This document shows, one piece after another, positions 1 to 11,300 of a stretch of DNA of 64,000 nt. A program made the translations under genes and the position numbers. Location of the stretch: positions 5,768,001 through 5,832,000 of the forward strand of contig OZ076409.1 in the NCBI GenBank assembly GCA_964187785.1, in the 5' to 3' direction. The notes under the pieces were generated by a model. It was not told the origin of the DNA. It worked only from the letters and a program-made list of their open reading frames with translations, and did no database searches. Numbering within the stretch: position 1 is the first letter of the stretch; each line of letters opens with the position of its first letter. This DNA is from Amphiscolops sp. MND2022 (Eukaryota).

Positions 1-3000
1 TTGAGTTTAAATGTCTTGCATCTAAAACTACCTTTATTGAATCTCCTTTTGGGATAATTATTAGAGGATTTAAAAATGTTGTTCCAATTGTATGTTTTTC
101 ATCTGTCTTTGAACCAATTTGTTTGATTATATTGTATTTTTCGAGTTCTTGTAAAAGTTTATTTAGTCTATCTCTATAATGAATTGGTACTTTAGAAGGT
201 CTTTGTGTATGAAGTTTACAGTTGTCTTTTATTCTAATTCGAAAGGGAGTAGAAATTTTTCCTACATCGTTTTTATGTTTGGCGTAGCAATGTTGATTAT
301 TGATTAAAATATTACACAGGTTCACATATTCAGTGTCAGTTAAATCTGAGTATTCAAAGTTAAACTTTTTTATAAATTGTTGATTCTCTGTAGAATAGGG
401 TAAAGGAGGAAAATCTTTTCGAATTTTATCTGAGGGTTGAAGGTTTCCAATAACAGAAGGAATAGGAAGTTGAAGTGTTTTATCCTTTATTTCTATCTTG
501 TTTATTTCTAATAGAGACTGTGGTGTTACTCTAGTGCATAAGTTCATATCTGTATATGGATTTGGTTTAATCGGAGTTGTGATATCAGGATGATACGCAT
601 GTATTACAGAGTGAATGAGTGAGTTTACATCATGAACTCTATAGTGAGAAGGAGTTGTTTGAGTAATAGGTATTTCTATGTATCCAATGATTCCTCGTGG
701 TAATGTAGCTGGTTGAGATGTAAAGTTTTGAATTATTGTTGCACAAGAGTCTTTGCTTTTGTCATTGGTCATCATGTCTAGGAAATGAAAGATATTTTTG
801 AATTTTTGTAAAAAATATGTATATGGATTTGTTGGATAAAATTTTGTATTGTCTTCGAGTTCAAAGTGTAAGTGTGAGTAGTTTTTTATTGGGAAATAAA
901 TTGTTTTTCCTGACCTTGGTTTAAAGTGAATTGGTTCTTTGCATTTAATCGTGTAAATATAAGAAATATATGGGTAATCTTTTTCTGTAAATGTAGAGAA
1001 TGTAGTCTTTGTTGGAAGATTTGAGTGTTGTTCTTTGTAAGTCATAACGTTTTGTTGAAAATCTATATTTTGGATGTGGTTTTTGAAAAAAGGTGTTCCA
1101 AGGATATTGTATTTAATATTGGCTACGGCGAAATCAATATTGAAGGATCGCGTTTGATGATTTACTTCAGTGAAACAGGTTATTGAAATATAATGTATTA
1201 TTGGTACTTCAGTTTGATTTGCAACTGTAAGAGTTTTGGCTCTTTGGTTTTGAAGATTGGTTGGAACATTAATGTTTAATTGTTTGGAAATTACGTAGAA
1301 TGTTGGTAAATTTAATACGGATATAGATGCTCCATTATCTAAGAGGAATAAGATTTCTAATTTTGTGGGTAATATACTATCATTTGTTTCAGAAGCGTGA
1401 ACATATAGTGGATAAAACCAACTATAAGGAGTAATTGTATTTGCTATTTCAGATGTTTGACAGGTGTGGATTTCAAATTTTGTACTATCATTGTCTTTTG
1501 TGGTTTTAACATCTACTTGATTTATTCTGTTTTGTTGTCTGTTTCTTGAGGGTGTTCTAGATCGTGATCTAAAATCTCTAGGTCTTGATGGAGATCTATA
1601 TGGGTGATTATATCGTTTAAAGGAATTTTCTTGTGATTGAGAACGTGATCTATATCTTGAGCGAGAGTTATATCTGTAGTTTGAGTTATTTCTATATGGA
1701 GTTCTATATGGAGATCTAGATGGAGTTCTTCTTTGATAATAATTATCAAATCGAGATCTATATGGGCTTCGAGATCGATTGTAATATCGTTGTCGAGAAT
1801 TAGATCGATAGTTGTTTTGCAAAGTTTCTCTACTATTACTGCGGTATCTATCGTTATTTCTATATCTATCGTTAAAGTAATTTTGATTGTATTTGTTACG
1901 ATCATTGTCTGAGGAGTAAATATTTGTATTCTTGTTTTGATTTTCTTGTGGATTATTAGGTTTACTACGAAAATATTGTACAAAGGATTGTTGAGGAGTT
2001 CGTGATCTTTGGTTATTGTGTTTATGATATTCATCGTCACGTTGTTTTTGGTAACAATTTGAAATACTATGATTATTTTTGTGACAATAGGAACAATATT
2101 TTCTATAAGCTGGTTTGCTCTTGTTATTTGGATCTCCAGATTGAGTAACCATTATATGATCTTCATTTTCAAATTCCTTTTTACTGTTATCATCTTCAAG
2201 CGATACTTTGTTTATTTCTAGAGCTAAGTCATTAGTTCTTATTTTCTCATTGGCAATGTCTTCAGAATCAACATGTCTAACAAGTGTGTGAAATGGTATC
2301 GAAGGTTCAAGTAATGTTGATACATGTTTGACTTGTCTTTTATGGGCAAAATCTTTTAATTTTTTTGGTAATCCTTTTGTGAAGATTTCATTATTTTTAA
2401 GGTTTATTGTAGCTGCATTTTCATTACACCATCCTTTTTTAACTAATTGTTGTACTCTAAGAGCAAAATGGCGTACTGTCTCATTGTCCTTTTTCATGAG
2501 TGACATAGCTTCTACTTGGGCGTAGTAAGCTGTTTTTTGAGATGAAAATTGTTTTTTGAATAGTTGTACAAAGGAATTCCATTGTTGTTTATAAGATATA
2601 TGAAGGTTTGTATACCAATCGAGAGCTGTTCCAGTTAATGAACATTGGATGTAAGCCATGCGTCTATTGTGCCAATATTTGTATTTTATGGGATTGTTTT
2701 GAGGTTCTTCGCCTATGGCAAAGGTTAATCTAGCTTCGACTTGTTGTAAATATTCTTCTGGAGTATAAGAATGGTCTAAACCATCAAAAGGTTTTATAGG
2801 TTCTGGTATTGAAGCGGACATGTTAATAAAAGTATCTTGTGGCATTGGTAGATATTGAATAGGAGTAGCTAATTGCTGTGCGTGTTGAGGAGGTACATGT
2901 TGAATTGTATTTTGCGGTAATGGATTAGGATTAAGATTTGGATTAGAATGCATTTGATATAAAGGATCAGTTGGTATGCGTGTGAGTGGAGGGTTTTGAA

Positions 3001-4552
3001 GTCTTCTTTGATGAGCTTGTGTAACATGAGCATAAGATGTAGAAGGATGTGAAGTTCCTTGATTTTGAGCATGTATATTTTGTGTTGTAGTGGTATGATT
3101 TTGATTTATATTCGTATTAGTAGTTGCATTAAATGAAGGATAAAAATTATAATTAAACGGATCATAATGTTGATTTGAGGTTTGAGGATTTTCATTGTAA
3201 TTGATATTTGAAGAAACTGATCTATTTGAACGGAAAACAGAAGGAACTGATGGAGGATCATATCTAGATTGAGTAATGTATGTTGTGGGATCAAGAGTAG
3301 TTCTTGTTGGAGATGCAACATTAACAGAAGTATTCTGAGCAATAGATGTAGTTAAAACATCATCTTGTATAGTATCATGAGTTTCGTCGTGTGTTTCATG
3401 TGTTTCATCCGGGTTTGGAATAAAGAACGTTATATTACGATTTGGAGATGCATCCAAAGAGGATTGAGGAGTACGTGTATTTCGTCTTTGATCTACAATT
3501 CTAGTGGGAGCTCTAAATGATTGAGTGTGTACCGATGAAGTTCCTGTTTGTGATGGATTATGTGTTGAAATTGTAGATTCTTGAGTAGGAAATTCATTTT
3601 CATTATAGTTTTCATGTTCGTTTTGATGTTGTTGCTGAGGTGTATTATCATTTTCAGTAAGGTTGTTAATATTAGAATGTAGATGTTGTTGGACTTGAGA
3701 ACTTTGTTCATAGCTAAAAGGTCTATTGTCTGGAAATGTAATATTTTCTGTAATTAGTAGAGGATCAAAAGGTATGTAATCTAAAGTTTGTTTTGCAATT
3801 GATTGAGGTTTATGAAAATAAGGATTTTCATTTTGTTTATTGATGATGAATGGTAAACATTCGTCTGCTGTAAAATGATCTGGAAATTCTGTAAAAGCAG
3901 ATTGATCTTGTTGTGACCATAATAGTTGATAATTAAATCTGAAGTATTTTCTAAGAAATAAAGATATTACTTTGATCTGAGAAATTGTTTGATCATTTAA
4001 TGTTAAATCTTTGAAGTAATGATAAATGAAGTTTTGAATTCGTAGTATATCTGCTTGTAACCAATGATGAGGATTGTCTTCAGGATTAACTATTCTTTCA
4101 ATAATCTCTACATCGAAGTTGTTGATATATCGTTCAAGATCTTCTAGTGCATTTGGACTAAACCTTGGAGTATCATTTGTTAGATTGTGGTCCTTTACAT
4201 TGTTTAGAAAAGCGTGAAAAACTTGATTGATGGGAACTTGTAGATTTATAGGATTTATTGTTCTTCTATATATATGAGATGAATTAGGTCCTTGTTGAGG
4301 AAAGGATATTTGAAAAGTGGGGTATTCTGTGGTAATAGTTAAAACTTTGTATCTAATATAGAAGAGGTAAGTGTCTAAATGTTCTCTGATAAGAGGAATT
4401 GTTTCGAGTGTATGGGGTTCATTTTCAAATGGGAGTGGTTGTGTATAATGTGAAATAATGTTTTGTAGAAATGGGTTTAATTCTAATTTTACTACTTTTG
4501 CATTTTTAATGAGGGGTGTTTGAAAAGGTAAAAAGGTTGTTACTAAAGACAT
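1..4552 (-). CDS. Gag-Pol polyprotein of element A, single frame, 3'-partial (absent from the ORF track because no stop lies in the window)
   Basis: Hand translation from ATG 4552 (in-frame TAA just upstream): capsid-like PFDG..TALDWY..WNSFVQLFKKQF, knuckle CSYCHKNNHSISNC, RS-rich tract, protease LFLLDNGASI, RT start PSKVPIHYRD..NPLIIIPKGDSIKVVLDARHLNS; start and RT end are in the same frame. Confidence 0.9.
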   Translation of the reverse strand, partial: MSLVTTFLPFQTPLIKNAKVVKLELNPFLQNIISHYTQPLPFENEPHTLETIPLIREHLDTYLFYIRYKVLTITTEYPTFQISFPQQGPNSSHIYRRTINPINLQVPINQVFHAFLNNVKDHNLTNDTPRFSPNALEDLERYINNFDVEIIERIVNPEDNPHHWLQADILRIQNFIYHYFKDLTLNDQTISQIKVISLFLRKYFRFNYQLLWSQQDQSAFTEFPDHFTADECLPFIINKQNENPYFHKPQSIAKQTLDYIPFDPLLITENITFPDNRPFSYEQSSQVQQHLHSNINNLTENDNTPQQQHQNEHENYNENEFPTQESTISTHNPSQTGTSSVHTQSFRAPTRIVDQRRNTRTPQSSLDASPNRNITFFIPNPDETHETHDETHDTIQDDVLTTSIAQNTSVNVASPTRTTLDPTTYITQSRYDPPSVPSVFRSNRSVSSNINYNENPQTSNQHYDPFNYNFYPSFNATTNTNINQNHTTTTQNIHAQNQGTSHPSTSYAHVTQAHQRRLQNPPLTRIPTDPLYQMHSNPNLNPNPLPQNTIQHVPPQHAQQLATPIQYLPMPQDTFINMSASIPEPIKPFDGLDHSYTPEEYLQQVEARLTFAIGEEPQNNPIKYKYWHNRRMAYIQCSLTGTALDWYTNLHISYKQQWNSFVQLFKKQFSSQKTAYYAQVEAMSLMKKDNETVRHFALRVQQLVKKGWCNENAATINLKNNEIFTKGLPKKLKDFAHKRQVKHVSTLLEPSIPFHTLVRHVDSEDIANEKIRTNDLALEINKVSLEDDNSKKEFENEDHIMVTQSGDPNNKSKPAYRKYCSYCHKNNHSISNCYQKQRDDEYHKHNNQRSRTPQQSFVQYFRSKPNNPQENQNKNTNIYSSDNDRNKYNQNYFNDRYRNNDRYRSNSRETLQNNYRSNSRQRYYNRSRSPYRSRFDNYYQRRTPSRSPYRTPYRNNSNYRYNSRSRYRSRSQSQENSFKRYNHPYRSPSRPRDFRSRSRTPSRNRQQNRINQVDVKTTKDNDSTKFEIHTCQTSEIANTITPYSWFYPLYVHASETNDSILPTKLEILFLLDNGASISVLNLPTFYVISKQLNINVPTNLQNQRAKTLTVANQTEVPIIHYISITCFTEVNHQTRSFNIDFAVANIKYNILGTPFFKNHIQNIDFQQNVMTYKEQHSNLPTKTTFSTFTEKDYPYISYIYTIKCKEPIHFKPRSGKTIYFPIKNYSHLHFELEDNTKFYPTNPYTYFLQKFKNIFHFLDMMTNDKSKDSCATIIQNFTSQPATLPRGIIGYIEIPITQTTPSHYRVHDVNSLIHSVIHAYHPDITTPIKPNPYTDMNLCTRVTPQSLLEINKIEIKDKTLQLPIPSVIGNLQPSDKIRKDFPPLPYSTENQQFIKKFNFEYSDLTDTEYVNLCNILINNQHCYAKHKNDVGKISTPFRIRIKDNCKLHTQRPSKVPIHYRDRLNKLLQELEKYNIIKQIGSKTDEKHTIGTTFLNPLIIIPKGDSIKVVLDARHLNS

Positions 4553-5885
4553 ATTTTAAAGTTTATCTCTTATTACTGTGAGTATTTTTTCAAGAAGAAC
4601 ACAAACTATAAATAAGACACAAAACGTGTATGTTGTAATGAGTACTACTGTGGTAACTTTTTCCCACATGTTATAATGTGAAAATTAAAGCGTTAAAATT
4701 AATTTTTGTAGAAATATTTTATGTTGGAGCTCTTGGGTAATGTCTTTGGTGAAGTATAATAAAGAAAAAATATTGTTGATATCGTTCAATTAGTCTTTCA
4801 AAATCTTCTGTGGTAGGGTTTTGAAGTGAGTTAATTGGCGGAATGTAAAAATTGAAAGGATAATTAAGTTGATTGTATATGTTAGGGATCATATAATTTG
4901 TATTGTATATTGAAGTTCTTTGGGATGTTAATAGTTTTGGATAGAGAAAAAGAAGCGAATGCAGTAGAATCTGTATTCAACCTCAAGGGATTGCTAACAG
5001 AAACTAAATGAAATTTTAAGTCTGGATTACTCTAAAGTGTCTAACATAAGGTTACTGACACATCCAGAAAACTAAAGTTATTTTATTTTAAGTAAGTTTG
5101 GTTTTTTAAGACTAAAGGAGTGGAACTCTGAACAATCAACGTCCACTTTCTAAAGTCTGATCAATACTGATCAAGATCAAAGTTTGATCTTCGTTGCTTT
5201 TACTTTTACTTTTACTTCCTGAGAATTTTGAAGATTCGAACGTAGTTCGGTGTCCTCTCGATTCTCCTTAATGACGTTTACACTTAACTAAGGTTTTTAG
5301 TCAGTCTTAGAATCAGAGTAAGCTGGGAAAGCTGTCTGATTGTCTAAGTCTTACGGGAGGGGATAGGAATTGCGGGTGCCTGAAAATAGAAAACTACCTT
5401 TACAGTGTGTTTTTTATTTACATGTCTTACTTTTAAAGCGAAAGAGTTGTGAAGAGTGTATGTGGAGATTTGTTAAGATAATTGTTTTGTATAATTATGT
5501 TAAAAGTATGAAATATATACTTAAGTATAAGTTAGTTATTTTTCTCAGTTGTTAAAATTGTGAATGTGCTTGTGTTGTTTAAGTATTGGGAATTATATGT
5601 GTTGTTTGTCGACAAGAAGAAAGAAATGAAATGAGGCTTGGTTGTATGTAATAGATATTCTTGGTTGCCTTTTTTTTTGTATTCAGATTCTATTTCTGAA
5701 ACTATTTATCTAACTTTTTGTAGAAAATGGATCCAAAACGTAAAAGTAGAAAATCCAGGTTTTCTGCCAACACGAAGTTGATCTTGAAACGTATGTGCTT
5801 ATAGGTGAGCGAAGCTGGACATGCACTCAGTCAACTATTACACCAGGAGTCCACCTGACGTTCAAGATAGCAGGATCGAAGAAAT

Positions 5886-6216
5886 TTGCTGTGTCAAAGG
5901 TGTTAGAAAACCTTGATAAACCAGTCAAATGTTGCTGTGTCGAAGGTGTTAGAAAACCTTGATAAACCAGACAAACATCAAAGAACTGTTTCAACAAGCT
6001 TCCGGATTAGCTGTGATAAATCAGTATAGAGAACAGAACTGTGTCACTTGTGGATAAATCAGTCTGGAAAGAGAAGAGGAGCAGAACTGTGTCACAATGG
6101 ATAAATCAGTCTGAAATGAAACCGTTTCGACGTGTTAGAAAACGTGATAAACCGGTGTGAGAAGAAGAACAGAAAGAAGAACCGTATCAACGTGTTAGAA
6201 AACGTGATAAACCGGT
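5886..6216. repeat. Three pairs of 30-45 bp direct repeats in the leader of element A
   Basis: tgctgtgtc.aaggtgttagaaaaccttgataaaccag x2; agaactgtgtcac..tggataaatcagtctg x2; cgtgttagaaaacgtgataaaccggt x2. Confidence 0.85.
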
Positions 6217-6433
6217 ATTGAAGAGAATTTGTTAAATGTGAATTAATTGTTGTAGTGGAGAAATTGTATGTCGAACAATGATGTATTTATTTATGAAATT
6301 CAGAAAGTCACAGACTAAATTTTCAAGAAATTCTAGAAAAATTTCACTGCAATTCCAAAGAATTTCAAAGATGGAGAGTGGTATTTGTAGTATTGTTGAG
6401 AGAAGAGAAATCATTCAGTAGCGAAAAGAAAAA

Positions 6434-6451
6434 TTTTTACAAGTCGCACCA
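6434..6451 (-). promoter_or_regulatory. Primer-binding site of element A
   Basis: TGGTGCGACTTG begins 3 nt after the LTR-terminal CA. Confidence 0.7.
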
Positions 6452-7914
6452 AATTGTGCTGCCTTAATTCTTAGTAGTGTGGTGGTTATTTTAGAGACTA
6501 ACTAAGACAGGCTTATTCGAGGTTTATCTAGCTAGATTTCTGATGGTAAGAGTAGAACAAAAAGGAAGTCAACCAAATACTGATTATTAACTTTCTCTCT
6601 CTGAGGGAGTAGAGACTTACAATCATTCAATAAATAAATGTACATTATATAAACATTAAAATACTATTGGTTATTAATGTAGGTCAGTACAAATGCTTCA
6701 ACTTTTCCTTGATTTTGGAAACTCGATATAACCTGGCCTATAAATTTTTTGTCCAAACGAGTTCTGACAAGAGCGGAAAAGCGGCTTGGTGAACTCAAAA
6801 GTCCAAGAAATGGGCAGAGTAAAGGCAATTCGATTTCTAAAATTTGGAAAGCAATAGAAGTGCAATTTTCCTAATTCTTTACGAGATATTGAAATAGAGA
6901 CGATTTGCTTCAGTCATTTTTCGTCAGTCAGGTGTCAAATGCAATGATGCGTCAGTCAATACAAAATAATGAAGAAAGCAATGCAGTTTTCCGAAGCTGA
7001 AGAGGTCTCCAGTAGTTTCGAGAAAAACTTTGTGCAGCTATATTTAGGTGACTCTGAACGTTTTACTTTTCATTTACGAGACAATTGTGCAACTATGTTC
7101 AACGCACAGGTCCTCTATGGAGACGTTCAGTATTTTTGTTCACGTGTTCAAGTCGTCATTTCTTTCTAAACTCTGTTTGAGGCACCAGAAAAATTTTTGG
7201 TCAAGTCGTGAATAGTTTGGACGACGTCAGAACAAATATTGAATCCGTGGTTCTTCAAAAATGCATTCTGATGACAGTTCCACCGATCTCTCAGAAGAAT
7301 GTAGGACGTTTGTCATACTAGATAACAAGATCTGGGGATTTGAAAAGTCGGCTTCTTGCTCTCAGCTTTCCGAAACTTTAGCTTGTCTCCTGCAAAAGTC
7401 CAGCGGCAATTGAAGCGAATGTTCAATTAGGCTCGAAGGCGAAAAACTTGTAGTTGCAGTTGCTGGTCATCGCGGCTCAGCACAGTCAACCAGTGTCAAG
7501 GTTCAAACGTACAGTGCTATTACCTTGAAATCTATATCATCATCCGAACAATTCTTTTGCTGTATTGGAGAAAACAACAAAATTTTTCAGTTGTCCTGCC
7601 GAAGACTCTCTGGCATCACGCGTTATTGTTCTTTCAGGTTACTTTGAGTGTTGTTTTATCAATGTATTGAAACAAGATTCTGATCATAAACAGACAGCTT
7701 GCTTTTAAGAACACTGACGGCTGTAAATTCATGATCTTTTTCAGCACTGTTTTTAGTCGGCGCTTCATGAAGTGAAACGCGACTATTATAGTGGCTTTTC
7801 TTTTTTTTCAATCCACACGAACTGACCAAAACAGTTCTTAAAAATTCTACAAAAAAATTATTGCACCAAATTGCACTATTTGATCTAGCGAAACTGTTTT
7901 CCCGCGTAACATAC

Positions 7915-8362
7915 CATACCGGGCGAGACCCCCTTTCAATTTTTTTCGGCACTGCGAGACTTTTTTCGGGAAAAATCTTCCCAAAGGGTCCCCCTTCAAT
8001 TTTTATGCTGTTTTGCGACAGAATAGATGTTGAAAAATCCCAAAGGGTCCCCCCTTTCAGTTTGTTTCGGCATTGTGAGATATTTTTTTCCGAAAATAAA
8101 GATTTCCCCCTTCAATTTTTTGATGTTTTGCGACAGAATGGATGTTGAAAAACCCCAAAGGGTCCCCGTTTCAGTTTTTTGGCATTGTGAGACTTTTTTT
8201 CTCTTTAGCGCCCAGGGGCTCACGCTAGCGGGCCCCGGCGCGCCACTCGGTCCATTTTTTGGTTTTTCGAGATTTTCGAGTATTGTAAATTGACACTTGG
8301 AAGTCCTTTTGCTATTTTTGAGCCTTGAATATGGCGCCGACTTGGGCCGGTCCCAGCTTGTT
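7915..8362 (+). mobile_element. Abundant non-autonomous interspersed repeat (DINE-1/Helentron-associated-like)
   Basis: Modules gggtccccc-ttcaattttttgatgttttgcgacagaatggatgttgaaaaa and terminus ggcgccgacttgggccggtcccagcttgtt recur near 22944, 40470-40877, 42857 and 44760-45181; AACAAG terminus in a T-rich context. Confidence 0.6.
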
Positions 8363-11300
8363 TCTTCCACTAATGTTTCGAATGTTTTTTTCCAAACGTT
8401 ATGCTTGGACATCGTTTATTGACATGATTGTTGGATGCCTGTTGAGTTGAGTTAAAGCAGACCGTGTTGACATTGGAAGCTCTGTGGTACAAGACTGGTT
8501 GTGCCCTCGTATTTGAAACTGTCCGATTTCCCAAAATCCAGGCTGATGAGCCTAATCGAAATACTTCCACTGACCAATGAGCAACTTAGAGTACATCCCG
8601 GGATGTGCCATAGCGTCTCATTGTTCTGATAAAGTTTTCCAAATTTCAGCTGACAATTTTATGCCACTCAGGACAATGGTTCCTAATACTGAATGTTCAA
8701 ATACGAAGTTTCATTCACTTTTTCATTGCCAGTGTCATTGTATTCCATGACACAAATTTGAAGTTGTCTGGCACCTTTCTCAACAGAATAAAATCTCTCC
8801 ATTCAATTTATGTTCAACAAATGAGTCGAGTCGTTGGAAGTTGAAAATTCCATTTTGACTGAATCCTGAAACCAATTTCTGAAACAAAAGTCAGCAACAG
8901 TACATTTTCAGCAGCCAAGCTCATTGGTACCCCGACATGTGGAATCGGACTTTTTTCCGTGAAAATTACTTGGAGCTAGCAAGTGGTTTTGACAGCTGTG
9001 GTAACAAAAATTTGTCAGAAAAACCGTACAAAAAGGATCTCGTTGCTGAGGAGTCAAAAGCTGTAGCTGGTAGTTTTATAATTTTTGGAGAGTTGCTTCC
9101 TCGAGACAATCATTCATCCAAGTATTAAATATCGGCCTCATTGCGAGACTCGAAGTTAGCCGCGAAGTTGTTCAGGCAAAAAATGCTTTACTGTACCCAA
9201 GAAAATTGCAAATTCTATGCCAGCCCCTGGAATACATCAGTCCTACGGCACTCTGACAGGGACAATGTCCAGTTTAACGTGAACCTTGGTGATTTTCATG
9301 CTGCACGAAAGTTCAAGAGGATATTTTGGATCTATGCTCGGATTTCTTTTTTAAAAATGAACCTGGTATCTTCAATTTTAGTCTATGCTTCATGAAGTGA
9401 ATCGCGATTATAATGATCACTTTTTTCAATCCACGCGAACTGAATGCAATAGTTCTACAAAGTCTGCAAAGTTTTATAGTGTCAAATTGAACTATTTGGC
9501 CTAGCGGTCTGAGCTACAAATGTTGTTCCTTTTTTCATCGTAACATACAATACCAAGTGAGACTGAAGGAGCCCTTTTGTTTCTTTGGCATTGTGAGTCT
9601 TTTTTTTCGAAAACATTCTGATGTCTCCAAACGGTGTTCGGTGTGTTTTGTATCCATTTTTCAATCCACTCCCTATGTCAATGTCATAATGTTACGATAT
9701 TGTGGCAAATGCGTGGTTTCCGGTTTTTAGTAGGCGCTTCATGAAATGGAACGCGAGAATACTGGTGATTCTTTTTTTCAATCCACACGAACTGACCAAA
9801 GCACTTCTACAAAGTTCTACGAAGTTTTTAGGTGTAAAATTGGACCATTTGGCCCAAGGAACTGAAATAAAAGTTTTTTCCTTGTTTTCAGCGTAAGATA
9901 CAATACCGGGCGAGAGTAAACGGTCCCCGTTTCAATTTTTTGGCCTTGTGAGACATTTTTCGATAATTTTTTAATGTCTCCAAGGCCCCCTTCAATTTTT
10001 TTGATGTTTTGCGACAGAAAAGGTGTTGAAAGATGCCAAAGGGTCCCCCCATTTTTGCGCGCCAGTTCGGTCCAACTATTTGGTTTTTCGAGTACTGTAG
10101 AGGAGAATACTAGGCACTTTGAAACACACTAGTGACATTTTTTTTCAATCCACACGAACGGACCGAAAAAAGTTCTACATAATTTAATGGCGTCAAATTG
10201 AATCATTTGACCCCCGGAACTGATTTATAAATGTTGTTCCTTTTTCAGCGTAACAATACCAAGTGAGACTAAAGGGTCCCTCTTTGTTTCTTTGGCATTA
10301 TGAGACTTTTTCCCGAAAACTTTTATGTCTCTAAACGGTGTTCGGTGTGTTTTGTATCCATTTTTCAATCCATTCCCGATGTCAATGTTATAATGCTACG
10401 ATATTGTGGCAAATGCGTGGTTTTCGGTTTTTTTGTAGGCGCTTCTACGAAGTTTATAGGTGTCAAATTGGAGCATTTGGCACAAGGGCCTGAAATATAA
10501 AAGTCGTTCCTTTTTTTCAGAGTAACATACAATACCGGGCGAGACTAAAGGATCTCCCCTGCAATTTTTCAATATTTTATAACGGAATGGTTGTTGAAAA
10601 AATCCTAAAGGGTCCTCGATTTACATTTTTGGGACTATGAGGCTTTACAAAATTATCTTTTCGTTTTGAAAATTTTTCAATGTCTTCAATAGCATCCGTC
10701 TTGAAATTTTTGAAGTTTTGTAACCGATGCACGAGAATGGATGTGAAAAACCAAAAGGGTCCAGTCTTTTAGACTCTAACAGTGGTGGTATCTAGTCTCA
10801 TCCTTGCTGTAGAAGTGCTTCAGACTCGGCCGCAATTCTAGCTGACGTTCCAAACGGAGAGAATTGCAAACCGGTTCAACAGATCTTTGATTTTGGAGCC
10901 AAAATTGTTTTCCGTTTTCGATTTCCTGACTGCAATATGAGACGAAAGTCGAGGACAACTTTCATAACCTATTCTAAACCGTTGTCTTTGAATTGTTTGA
11001 GAACCTTGCCTTTTGCCCTTCCTTTGTATCAAAGAATCGAATGTTTGAGACACTGTACCGTTATAGGAGCTCCAACCTTGGTTTTTTTTGGCTTCGTTGT
11101 CATTGCAGTTCGCAGGTCTAGTTGAAGTTTCAGACGGTTGAGCGGTGAAAGCTAGTTCCTTCTGGGCTCTTTCTGGCGTCCTTCTGGCTTTTTTGGGCGT
11201 CCTTCTGGGCCTTTCTCTGGGCGTTCTTCCTGGGCTCCTTTTGGGCGTTCTTCTGGGCCCTTTCTCTGGGCGTCCTTCTGGGCCTCTTCCTGGGCGTCCT

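Larger units (their letters stand above)
1..6690 (-). mobile_element. Ty3/Gypsy LTR retrotransposon A (5' part; continues off the left edge; outer end of 5' LTR approximate)
   Basis: gag-PR-RT ORF, ~1.9-kb leader, LTR-end CA at 6456-6455 followed by ATT and PBS-like TGGTGCGAC on the minus strand. Confidence 0.85.

Noticed and set aside
1522..3711. Short minus-strand ORFs in the track (1522-2040, 2869-3072, 3106-3342, 3493-3711)
   Set aside because: Alternative-frame shadows of the long gag-pol frame of element A
8370..9400. Possible decayed coding sequence (e.g. viral or Polinton capsid-like) in the triplicated unit
   Set aside because: Stops in the frames I read and no motif strong enough to assign
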